NCBI GenBank assembly: GCA_022448245.1
Contig: JAKVCO010000009.1
Coordinates: 11,413-75,412 of the forward strand
Reading direction: 5' to 3'
DNA: 64,000 nucleotides
Source of the DNA: Paracoccaceae bacterium
GTDB lineage: Bacteria; Pseudomonadota; Alphaproteobacteria; Rhodobacterales; Rhodobacteraceae
Below, piece by piece: positions 29,776 to 38,156 of the stretch; the first letter of the stretch is position 1, and each line of letters begins with the position of its first letter. Position numbers and translations under genes: made by a program. The notes under the pieces were generated by a model that saw only the letters and a program-made list of their open reading frames with translations, made no database searches and was not told the origin of the DNA.

Positions 29776-29791
29776 TGTTTCACGTGAAACA
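29776..29791. promoter_or_regulatory. parS centromere site: perfect 16-bp palindrome TGTTTCACGTGAAACA
   Basis: Exact match to the canonical ParB-binding parS palindrome. It spans the mnmG translation start region. Confidence 0.85.
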
Positions 29792-31649
29792 TCCGGATTT
29801 TGACGTGATTGTAATTGGTGGTGGCCACGCAGGTTGCGAGGCAGCAGCGGCTTCCGCACGAGCGGGTGCGGCTACAGCGCTTGTCACTCTGAAGGTTGCT
29901 GCCATTGGTGTGATGTCTTGCAATCCGGCCATTGGCGGACTGGGAAAAGGCCACCTCGTCCGAGAGATCGACGCTTTGGGCGGCTTGATGGGGAAGGTTG
30001 CTGATCTGGCAGGGATCCAGTTCCGACTTCTCAACCGGAAGAAGGGACCTGCTGTCCAAGGGCCCCGGGCGCAGAGTGATCGGGCGATCTATCGGTCTGA
30101 GATGCAGGCAGCCATAAGCGCAGTGCAAGGCTTGACCGTGATTGAGGGAGAGGCTTCGTCCTTCATCATGTCTGGTCAGCGTGTTCTTGGAATACGGCTC
30201 ACTGACGGAACTGATTTGTTGGCGTCCCGCGTCGTGCTAACGACAGGGACGTTCCTTGGCGGCGTCATTCACATCGGTGGGGAGCAGATCTCCGGCGGGC
30301 GTATGGGTGAGAGCGCGGCTAATGAAATGGGGTTAGCTCTTCGCGAGCTTGAACTCCCTATGGGGCGTCTGAAAACCGGAACGCCACCACGGCTGAATGG
30401 TAGAACGATTGCTTGGGATCAGTTGGAAAGCCAGCCCGGTGATGAAGACCCAACACTGTTCTCCTTCCTTTCGACGGCGCCAACTGCTGCTCAGATTAGT
30501 TGCGGGATTACGCATACAAACGAGCGGACGCACGAGATCATTCAGAATAATCTCTCTAAGTCAGCGATGTACGGCGGGCATATCGAAGGCGTGGGTCCTC
30601 GCTATTGTCCGTCTATCGAAGACAAGATCGTGCGGTTCGCGGACAAGTCATCCCATCAGGTGTTTCTGGAGCCGGAGAGTCTGACGACCGACACCGTCTA
30701 CCCAAACGGCATTTCAACCTCTCTGCCGGTCGATGTTCAGGAAGCCTATGTCAAATCGATCGTCGGCTTGGAAGACACCGAAATTTTGCAGCCCGGCTAC
30801 GCCATCGAGTACGATTATCTCGACCCAAGGGCTCTTTCCGTGTCCCTTGAGCTCCGGGAGCTCGAAGGGCTTTTCCTCGCTGGTCAGATTAATGGAACGA
30901 CAGGATACGAGGAAGCGGCGGCTCAAGGTCTTGTTGCCGGGCTGAACGCTGCCCGTGCGGCGCTTGGGCAAGATACGGTCAGCTTCCGGCGCGATGAGGC
31001 GTATATCGGGGTCATGATCGATGATCTCACGACGCGCGGTGTGGCGGAACCCTATCGCATGTTTACGTCGCGGGCTGAGTATCGCCTGTCCCTGCGTGCG
31101 GACAACGCGGATCAGCGGCTCACCCCGCGCGGTCGCGAGCTTGGTCTTGTGGATGACGCGCGATGGAGCGCCTTTTCAACGAAAGCAGATGCGCTTGAAG
31201 ACGTTCGGCAAAAGCTTGTTTCTATGGCAGTCTCGCCAAAAGTAGCGCGCGCAGCAGGCTTGACGGTCAATGACGATGGCAAAAAGCGAAACGGCTTCGA
31301 CCTGCTGGCCTTTCCGGGCGTCGAGCTATCGGATCTCGTCGGGTTGGAGCCAGCTCTTGGAGACGTTAATCGCATTGTCTCAGAACAGATCGAGCGTGAA
31401 GCTCTTTATAAGAACTACATCGATCGCCAAAAGCAGGACATCGAGACGCTTCGTCGTGACGAAGCCTGGCAGATACCCGTACACTTCGACTACGGGTGCA
31501 TTGTTGGGCTGAGCAATGAGCTGCGCTCAAAGTTGGAAAGATCCCGCCCGGAGACGCTTGCGCAGGCGGGTCGCGTTGATGGAATGACGCCTGCAGCCCT
31601 CATGCTGATCCTCGCGCAGCTCAAGAGGACCGATAGGCAAGCCGGATGA
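29784..31649 (+). CDS. mnmG: tRNA uridine 5-carboxymethylaminomethyl modification enzyme MnmG (GidA)
   Basis: FAD-binding [16 protein letters not shown] and 600+ aa of GidA-typical sequence. Two possible GTG starts exist. The one at 29775 directly abuts the AGGAG. The one at 29784 lies 8 nt after AGGAG, so I prefer it. Confidence 0.95.
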   Translation: MKHPDFDVIVIGGGHAGCEAAAASARAGAATALVTLKVAAIGVMSCNPAIGGLGKGHLVREIDALGGLMGKVADLAGIQFRLLNRKKGPAVQGPRAQSDRAIYRSEMQAAISAVQGLTVIEGEASSFIMSGQRVLGIRLTDGTDLLASRVVLTTGTFLGGVIHIGGEQISGGRMGESAANEMGLALRELELPMGRLKTGTPPRLNGRTIAWDQLESQPGDEDPTLFSFLSTAPTAAQISCGITHTNERTHEIIQNNLSKSAMYGGHIEGVGPRYCPSIEDKIVRFADKSSHQVFLEPESLTTDTVYPNGISTSLPVDVQEAYVKSIVGLEDTEILQPGYAIEYDYLDPRALSVSLELRELEGLFLAGQINGTTGYEEAAAQGLVAGLNAARAALGQDTVSFRRDEAYIGVMIDDLTTRGVAEPYRMFTSRAEYRLSLRADNADQRLTPRGRELGLVDDARWSAFSTKADALEDVRQKLVSMAVSPKVARAAGLTVNDDGKKRNGFDLLAFPGVELSDLVGLEPALGDVNRIVSEQIEREALYKNYIDRQKQDIETLRRDEAWQIPVHFDYGCIVGLSNELRSKLERSRPETLAQAGRVDGMTPAALMLILAQLKRTDRQAG

Positions 31650-32257
31650 CCGAACTTCTCACAGGCCTGGATGTTTCACGTGAAACACTGGTTGATCTCA
31701 AGGCATACGAAGCGCTTGTGCAGAAGTGGTCTCCTAAGATCAATCTGGTAAGCAAGTCCGCGCTCAATGACCTTTGGGCGCGTCATATCGTAGATAGCGC
31801 CCAAGTTTGGCCGCTCCTTCCGTCCACCAAGACCTATGTCGATCTCGGCTCAGGTGGAGGCTTTCCTAGTATCGTAATTGCGATATTTCTCAAGCACCTG
31901 AACACAGATGCCAGCCTCACGATGATTGAATCCGATGTGAGGAAAACAGTGTTCCTTCAGACAGTTATTCGCGAGCTCGAGCTTCCCGCAACGACCCTTC
32001 CTATGAGAATTGAGAAAGCCCCCTCACAGCAAGCGTCCGTGTTGACGGCCCGCGCATTGGCATCCTGTGACAAACTTTTCGGCTTTGCACATCAGCACCT
32101 TGTGCCAGACGGCACCGCATTCTTCCTAAAGGGACAGAAGGCGGAAGACGAGCTCGCTGAAGCGCGACAGAATTGGGACTTCTCGGTAAAATACCACCCA
32201 AGTAAAACGGATACTAACGCCGTGATTCTGGAAATTGGAGAACTCCACCGTGTCTGA
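31646..32257 (+). CDS. rsmG: 16S rRNA (guanine527-N7)-methyltransferase RsmG (GidB)
   Basis: N-terminal VSRETL motif and SAM-binding [13 protein letters not shown] overlap with mnmG. Confidence 0.9.
   Translation: MTELLTGLDVSRETLVDLKAYEALVQKWSPKINLVSKSALNDLWARHIVDSAQVWPLLPSTKTYVDLGSGGGFPSIVIAIFLKHLNTDASLTMIESDVRKTVFLQTVIRELELPATTLPMRIEKAPSQQASVLTARALASCDKLFGFAHQHLVPDGTAFFLKGQKAEDELAEARQNWDFSVKYHPSKTDTNAVILEIGELHRV
31672..31687. promoter_or_regulatory. parS centromere site: second perfect copy of TGTTTCACGTGAAACA
   Basis: Identical 16-mer inside rsmG, where it encodes DVSRET. It lies 1896 bp from the first copy. Confidence 0.85.
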
Positions 32258-33056
32258 CCCCCTTCTCCGAAGCCAGTCGCGCATCATTGCGATTTCCAAT
32301 CAGAAGGGGGGCGTTGGCAAGACAACGACCACGATCAACCTTGGGGCCGCCCTTGCTTTAGCAGGCCACCGGATTCTTTTGATTGATCTCGACCCTCAGG
32401 GAAATGCGTCGACGGGTCTGGGCCTTATGCCGGAGGACCGCACAAGCACGGCTTACGACGTACTCTTAGAGGACAAAGCCGTCGAAGACGCGACCTTCGT
32501 GACCGAGATCGAGAGCCTTCATTTGGTGCCAAGCACGGTCGACCTGAGCTCCGCTGATATTGAGCTCATGTCCAATGAAAAAAGGTCATTTCTTCTCGCA
32601 GACGCGCTGCGGCCTATCGCGGCCCAGGGTCGATATGATTTTATCCTGATTGATTGCCCACCATCCCTCAACTTGTTGACTATCAACGCAATGGTCGCAG
32701 CGGATTCCGTACTGGTGCCGCTTCAAAGCGAGTTCTTTGCGTTGGAAGGTCTTTCGCAGCTTATGCTCACGATCCGCGAGATCCGCGGGACCGCAAATCC
32801 ATCCCTTCGCATTGAAGGCGTAGTCCTGACGATGTTTGATCGCCGGAACAACCTTTCCCAACAGGTTGAAGCCGATGCACGCGAGAATTTGGGCGATTTG
32901 GTGTTCCAAACCATTATTCCGCGGAACGTAAGGGTAAGTGAAGCGCCGTCTTTTGCGCTTTCGGTTCTTCAATACGATCCGAACTCGACCGGAGCGCGCG
33001 CTTACACCGCGCTTGCGGATGAAGTCTTGCAACGACACAAGAAGAAAGCTGCATAG
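32250..33056 (+). CDS. parA: Chromosome partitioning ATPase ParA
   Basis: Deviant Walker A motif NQKGGVGKTTT and ParA-typical DCPPSL. The GTG at 32250 lies 9 nt after GGAG and overlaps the rsmG stop by 8 nt. An alternative TTG start is at 32235. Confidence 0.9.
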   Translation: MSDPLLRSQSRIIAISNQKGGVGKTTTTINLGAALALAGHRILLIDLDPQGNASTGLGLMPEDRTSTAYDVLLEDKAVEDATFVTEIESLHLVPSTVDLSSADIELMSNEKRSFLLADALRPIAAQGRYDFILIDCPPSLNLLTINAMVAADSVLVPLQSEFFALEGLSQLMLTIREIRGTANPSLRIEGVVLTMFDRRNNLSQQVEADARENLGDLVFQTIIPRNVRVSEAPSFALSVLQYDPNSTGARAYTALADEVLQRHKKKAA

Positions 33057-33065
33057 GGGGCGACC

Positions 33066-33941
33066 ATGGCACAGGACAAGAAAAGAGGCCTCGGGCGCGG
33101 TCTGTCAGCACTCATGGCCGATGTTGAGCAAGCTCCGGCGACCGAAAGCCAAACGGCCAAGTCGGCTGATATTATTGTTCCGATCGAGCTCGTCCATCCC
33201 AACCCAGATCAGCCGCGCCGTCAGTTCAAACAGGAAGACCTAGATGATCTTGCCCGCTCCATAGCGGAAAAAGGTGTCATTCAGCCCCTGATCGTTCGAC
33301 GCCATCCTTCGCTCGACAACGCCTATGAGATCGTTGCCGGCGAAAGACGCTGGCGGGCTTCTCAAATGGCCAAGCTGCATGAAGTGCCCATCCTCATTCG
33401 AGAATTCTCCGATACTGAGGTACTGGAGGTCGCCATCATTGAGAATATTCAGCGCGCGAACCTCAATCCAATCGAAGAAGCTGTTGGATTTCAACAGCTT
33501 ATGGATAAGTTCCAGCGCACACAGGAACAGATGGCAACGGCACTTGGTAAAAGTCGCTCCTACATCGCCAACAACCTTCGCCTGCTGACGCTGCCAGAAG
33601 ATGTCCGCGCGCTGTTGGTCGACGGCAAGCTTTCCGCAGGCCATGCGCGTGCGCTGATTACCACACTAAACCCGTCTGAGCTTGCCTGCCAAGTTGTCGC
33701 CAAAGGTCTCTCCGTGCGCGAGACTGAGCGTTTGGCAAAACGAGGCCCCGCGCCAGAAAAGCAATCCCGCCCTGTCGCTGAGAAAGACGCGGATACCAAG
33801 GCGCTAGAAGGTGATTTGTCTGCCGCTCTCAAGATGCACGTGACTTTGAATCATCATGAAGGCAACGAGGGTGGGACGTTGACGATCCGCTATAAGGATC
33901 TCGATCAATTGGACGATCTCTGCCGAATTCTTGCGGGCTAA
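33066..33941 (+). CDS. parB: Chromosome partitioning protein ParB
   Basis: ParB-box segments (IVAGERRWRA, IENIQRANLNPIEE) and the HTH segment GKSRSYIANNLRLLTLP. Confidence 0.9.
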   Translation: MAQDKKRGLGRGLSALMADVEQAPATESQTAKSADIIVPIELVHPNPDQPRRQFKQEDLDDLARSIAEKGVIQPLIVRRHPSLDNAYEIVAGERRWRASQMAKLHEVPILIREFSDTEVLEVAIIENIQRANLNPIEEAVGFQQLMDKFQRTQEQMATALGKSRSYIANNLRLLTLPEDVRALLVDGKLSAGHARALITTLNPSELACQVVAKGLSVRETERLAKRGPAPEKQSRPVAEKDADTKALEGDLSAALKMHVTLNHHEGNEGGTLTIRYKDLDQLDDLCRILAG

Positions 33942-33944
33942 GGC

Positions 33945-35075
33945 TCACGTCAACAGCTTCGATATCACCGAATTCAGAAGCGGCCGCCCCGTTTCCGTAG
34001 CCTTGAGTACGTCACCTTCAACAGTAAGCAAACCCATGTCGCTGAGTTCCGCGACAGTCTCAGGATCAGGCCGACACTCCATACCGTGCAGGTCGACGCC
34101 ATCGCGAAGGCGAAGGCCCATGATCACGCGCTCTTCAAAGACCTCATCTAGGGAAAGCGCCTCTCTCACCGTTTCGCCACTCTGCAGCTTTTCAACGGCA
34201 TTAAGCCAAGCGCCCGGTATCAGCTCCGTTTCTGTCGCCAAACGCGTTCCTGCGACGGTCAAGCGACCGTGGGCGCCCGGACCAATTCCACCCCAATCGC
34301 CACCCGTCCAATAGATTTGGTTGTGGCGCGACTCGGCGCCTGAGCGCGCGTGGTTGGAGATTTCATAGGCCGGCATACCCGCAGACGTGGTCAACTCTTG
34401 TGTCATGTCCCACATCTCGATGGACATATCCTCCCCTGGCAAGCCACGCAGTTTTCCAGCGGCATGGCGTTTGCCAAAGTCAGTGCCCTGCTCAATCGTC
34501 AGTTGGTAAAGAGAGAGGTGATCCAACCCCAGTCCCAAAGCCTCACTCAGCTCAGCTTCCCAAGCCGATGGCGTTTGATCTTGGCGCGCATAGATCAGAT
34601 CAATGCTCACCCGATCGAAAGTATTCCTCGCTATATCAAGCGCTTGCATGGCTTCGACGGTGCTGTGCATCCTGCCAAGCTTCCGCAAATCGCGATCATT
34701 AAGCGCCTGAACCCCCATGGAAACACGATTGACCCCTGCGGCCCGGAATTCTCTCAGGCGATCGGTCTCAACCGATGTTGGATTTGCTTCCAGAGTGACC
34801 TCTACCTCATTGCCTTGCCGCCAAAGACCAAAAGCGTCTTCGATCAAGTGCTCCACAATCGAAGGGGCCATCAAGCTTGGGGTGCCACCGCCGAAGAAGA
34901 TCGTCGAAAGGACGTGATCCGGCGTTTCTTCCGCGACGCGCTTCAGCTCATGGCGCAGCGCCGCATCCCAACGATCGACGTCCACATTCTTGGTGACGTG
35001 CGAGTTGAAATCGCAATAGGGGCACTTCGCCGCGCAAAAGGGCCAGTGAATATAGAGGCCAAACCGAGGTGCCAT
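33945..35075 (-). CDS. hemW: Radical SAM heme chaperone HemW (HemN-like)
   Basis: The radical SAM cysteine motif CAAKCPYC lies within HWPFCAAKCPYCDFNS. 376 aa, with a HemN_C-like tail. Confidence 0.85.
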   Translation of the reverse strand: MAPRFGLYIHWPFCAAKCPYCDFNSHVTKNVDVDRWDAALRHELKRVAEETPDHVLSTIFFGGGTPSLMAPSIVEHLIEDAFGLWRQGNEVEVTLEANPTSVETDRLREFRAAGVNRVSMGVQALNDRDLRKLGRMHSTVEAMQALDIARNTFDRVSIDLIYARQDQTPSAWEAELSEALGLGLDHLSLYQLTIEQGTDFGKRHAAGKLRGLPGEDMSIEMWDMTQELTTSAGMPAYEISNHARSGAESRHNQIYWTGGDWGGIGPGAHGRLTVAGTRLATETELIPGAWLNAVEKLQSGETVREALSLDEVFEERVIMGLRLRDGVDLHGMECRPDPETVAELSDMGLLTVEGDVLKATETGRPLLNSVISKLLT

Positions 35076-35078
35076 GGC

Positions 35079-35690
35079 TCACAGACCAAGCGCCGCCGAG
35101 GTGAATTTCGCGAATGCATCCGCACGGTGAGAGATTGGCGCCTTCTCTTCGTAAGGCATTTCACCAAACGTACGCTCATGCCCGTTCGGGATGAACATGG
35201 GGTCGAAACCAAACCCCTGATCTCCACGCATCGGCCAGGTGAGGCGGCCGTTCACTTCGCCCGGATAAATTTCGTCATGCCCGTCCGGCCAAGCAAGGCA
35301 CAGCGTGCAGTGGAAAGTTGCAAACCAAGGCTCTGCCAAGTCTTTCTCGGTCAACTCTCGCCAAACGCGCGTCATCGCCATTGGGAAATCGCGGCCCGAA
35401 CCCGTTTCCGCCCAATCAGCGGTATAAACCCCCGGCGCCCCATCCAATCCAACCACCGAAAGCCCGCTGTCATCGGACAATGCGGGCAGGCTTGACGCTT
35501 TCGCCGCAAAGTGCGCCTTCAGACGTGCATTCCCAGCAAACGTATTTTCCGTTTCATCTGGTTCAGCCAAGCCAAGCGACCCAGCCGACACCACTTCGAT
35601 CCCGTGCGGGGCCAACAGATCACCGATTTCACGCAGTTTGCCCGCGTTGTGCGAGGCAAGAACGATCTTCTCTTCCGTTAGCCGCCGCAT
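35079..35690 (-). CDS. rdgB: Non-canonical purine NTP pyrophosphatase RdgB (HAM1 family)
   Basis: 203 aa with SHNAGKLREI, FGFDPMF and ISHRADAF motifs. Confidence 0.9.
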   Translation of the reverse strand: MRRLTEEKIVLASHNAGKLREIGDLLAPHGIEVVSAGSLGLAEPDETENTFAGNARLKAHFAAKASSLPALSDDSGLSVVGLDGAPGVYTADWAETGSGRDFPMAMTRVWRELTEKDLAEPWFATFHCTLCLAWPDGHDEIYPGEVNGRLTWPMRGDQGFGFDPMFIPNGHERTFGEMPYEEKAPISHRADAFAKFTSAALGL

Positions 35691-35693
35691 TAC

Positions 35694-36404
35694 TCAGCTC
35701 ACAGCCGCCAACTGCGCTTGGACAAGCTTGTTCACGCCCTGAGTTGCCAGGTCGATCAGATCATCCATTTGCGAGCGTGAGAACGTCGCGCCTTCCGCGG
35801 ACATCTGCAGTTCGACAAACTTGCCAGAGCCCGTCAGCACAAAATTCCCATCCACACCGGCTTCACTGTCTTCAAGATAGTCGAGATCAAGCAGCGGCTG
35901 ACCGGCGTAGATTCCGCAGCTCACAGCCGCCACCGGATCTACCAGCGGATCGCTCACGATGTCGCCGGCCTTCATTAGCTTGTCCACGGCAAGCTTCAGC
36001 GCAACCCATGCACCGGTGATCGACGCACAGCGGGTACCGCCGTCAGCCTGGATCACGTCACAATCGATGCTGATCTGACGCTCACCCAGCGCAACACGGT
36101 CAACACCCGCCCGCAGCGAACGCCCGATCAGGCGCTGAATTTCCTGCGTCCGGCCTGATTGACCGTTCTTTGCTTCGCGGCGCATGCGGGTGTGCGTTGC
36201 ACGTGGCAGCATCCCGTATTCCGCAGTCACCCAGCCCAGTCCCGAACCTTTCAAAAAGGGAGGAACCCGCTCTTCCAACGACGCCGTACACAACACATGG
36301 GTGTCACCCATTTGGATCAAGCAGCTACCCTCCGCATGCTTGGTCACATTGGTCTCAATCTTCACCGAGCGAAGCTCGTTAGTCTCGCGGCCAGATGGTC
36401 TCAT
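35694..36404 (-). CDS. rph: Ribonuclease PH
   Basis: MRPSGR N-terminus, [15 protein letters not shown] and [12 protein letters not shown] segments. Confidence 0.95.
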   Translation of the reverse strand: MRPSGRETNELRSVKIETNVTKHAEGSCLIQMGDTHVLCTASLEERVPPFLKGSGLGWVTAEYGMLPRATHTRMRREAKNGQSGRTQEIQRLIGRSLRAGVDRVALGERQISIDCDVIQADGGTRCASITGAWVALKLAVDKLMKAGDIVSDPLVDPVAAVSCGIYAGQPLLDLDYLEDSEAGVDGNFVLTGSGKFVELQMSAEGATFSRSQMDDLIDLATQGVNKLVQAQLAAVS

Positions 36405-36464
36405 AGTCTTTTTCCTTATGTGCCGGCTCGTCTAAATCCCGGCACCCCGTGAAAAGCAAGCTGA

Positions 36465-36493
36465 TTGACCCAAATAACAGAGGAGGATTAAAT
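36465..36493 (+). promoter_or_regulatory. Putative sigma-70-type promoter for hrcA-grpE
   Basis: TTGACC (36465-36470), a 17-nt spacer, then TTAAAT (36488-36493), 25 nt upstream of the hrcA ATG. This is a pattern match only. Confidence 0.3.
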
Positions 36494-36518
36494 CCAAGTT
36501 CACTGCACCAGAGCCGTA

Positions 36519-37580
36519 ATGTCAGATCGCAACCCACTCTTCGACGATATGAATGACCGCACACGCGAAGTGTTTCGCCGCGTGGTCGAAGGCTATCTGC
36601 AATCGGGAGATCCGATGGGATCCCGCACGCTTACCCGGCACCTCGAAGAGAAAGTCTCAGCTGCCACTATCCGCAACGTTATGCAGGATCTGGAGTTCAT
36701 GGGCCTCCTGGAAAGCCCGCACATTTCTGCTGGGCGGATCCCCACCGAACTGGGCCTACGTCTCTTCGTGGATGGCGTGCTCGAGGTGGGCCAACTGGGT
36801 GACGACGACAAAAACAAGCTTGAGGCGACGCTTGGCACCAACAGCAACGATGTCTCAACTGTTCTTGATCGCATTGGGGGTGCTCTGTCGGGTCTGACCC
36901 AGGGCGCGAGCCTCGTACTGGCGCCCAAACAAGAAGCCGAAATAAAGCATATCGAATTCGTTTCCCTCGCCCCTGATCGCGCCCTCGTAGTGCTTGTCTT
37001 CGCAAACGGTGAGGTTGAAAACCGCGTGTTCACGCCGCCCACCGGCCAGACGCCGTCTTCTATGCGTGAAGCAGCAAACTTCCTGAACGCTCTCGCCCAA
37101 GGCCGTACCCTCAGCGAGTTGCAATCGATCATGGGCGCGGAGATCACGTCGCGCCGGCAGGACATCGATACGCTCGCTCAAGCTCTCATCGAAAAGGGTT
37201 TGGCCACTTGGGAATCAGACGGTGGTCAGCACGACCGCCTGATCGTGCGGGGTCGCTCCAACCTGCTCGCCGACGGGGATGCGAACGATCTTTCGCGCAT
37301 TCGCACGCTCTTTGATGACCTCGAACGCAAGCGCGATATCGCTGAATTTCTGGAGCTTACCGACGAAGGCCAAGGCGTTCGCATTTTCATTGGCTCAGAG
37401 AACAAACTCTTTTCACTTTCGGGTTCCTCTTTGGTCGTCTCTCCCTATATGAACGCGGACCGTAAGGTAGTGGGAGCGGTCGGGGTGATCGGACCCACTC
37501 GCCTCAACTATGGGCGCATCGTGCCCATCGTGAATTATACGGCAGAGCTTGTGGGCCGCGCGCTCACGAACCGAAGCTGA
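36519..37580 (+). CDS. hrcA: Heat-inducible transcription repressor HrcA
   Basis: 353 aa. N-terminal winged-helix segment REVFRRVVEGYLQSGDPMGSRTL and a C-terminal GVIGPTRLNYGRIVP motif, directly upstream of grpE. Confidence 0.9.
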   Translation: MSDRNPLFDDMNDRTREVFRRVVEGYLQSGDPMGSRTLTRHLEEKVSAATIRNVMQDLEFMGLLESPHISAGRIPTELGLRLFVDGVLEVGQLGDDDKNKLEATLGTNSNDVSTVLDRIGGALSGLTQGASLVLAPKQEAEIKHIEFVSLAPDRALVVLVFANGEVENRVFTPPTGQTPSSMREAANFLNALAQGRTLSELQSIMGAEITSRRQDIDTLAQALIEKGLATWESDGGQHDRLIVRGRSNLLADGDANDLSRIRTLFDDLERKRDIAEFLELTDEGQGVRIFIGSENKLFSLSGSSLVVSPYMNADRKVVGAVGVIGPTRLNYGRIVPIVNYTAELVGRALTNRS

Positions 37581-37589
37581 GGGATTAGC

Positions 37590-38156
37590 ATGACCAAGAA
37601 AGACAGCTTGGACGATTTTCTGGACGACATCGACGAGGCTGAAGCAGAAGAGCTCGCCGAAGAAAATGCCGAGATCACGGATGAAGAGGCCGAGCTCGAC
37701 TCGCTCCGTGCGGAGCGTGATGCGCTGCAGGACAAGTTCATGCGCGCCATTGCGGATGCCGAGAACGCGCGCAAGCGTTCAGACCGTGATCGTCGCGAGG
37801 CCGAGAACTACGGGGGCTCCAAGCTCGCCCGGGATCTGCTGCCGGTCTACGACAACATGAAGCGCGCACTGGCGGCCTCAGCTGAGGCTGAAGGCGATGC
37901 GAATGCCGCGCTGCTTGAGGGTGTGGAGCTCACCATGCGGGAGCTCGTCAACACGTTCAAAAAGCACGGGATCGAACCTATTTCTCCTGAAGTCGGCGAT
38001 AAATTCGATCCGCAACTGCATCAGGCGATGTTCGAGGCGCCTGTGCCGGGCACCAAAACCGGTGACATCATCCAGGTCGCGGCCGAGGGCTTTACGCTTT
38101 ACGACCGACTGCTGCGCCCCGCGCAGGTCGGTGTGTCATCAATGCCCGCGTCCTAA
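37590..38156 (+). CDS. grpE: Nucleotide exchange factor GrpE
   Basis: Acidic N-terminus, a coiled-coil region with KFMRAIADAENARKR and a C-terminal beta-domain (FDPQLHQAM). Confidence 0.9.
   Translation: MTKKDSLDDFLDDIDEAEAEELAEENAEITDEEAELDSLRAERDALQDKFMRAIADAENARKRSDRDRREAENYGGSKLARDLLPVYDNMKRALAASAEAEGDANAALLEGVELTMRELVNTFKKHGIEPISPEVGDKFDPQLHQAMFEAPVPGTKTGDIIQVAAEGFTLYDRLLRPAQVGVSSMPAS

Noticed and set aside
34350-35495. 381-codon ORF on the plus strand
   Set aside because: It is antisense to hemW and rdgB, both of which have strong family motifs. It is a shadow ORF.
36405-36518. CIRCE operator or sigma-32 promoter upstream of hrcA
   Set aside because: There is no inverted repeat resembling CIRCE (TTAGCACTC-N9-GAGTGCTAA) and no convincing CTTG-N17-CCTATNT match. 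Only a sigma-70-like hexamer pair is reported, at low confidence.
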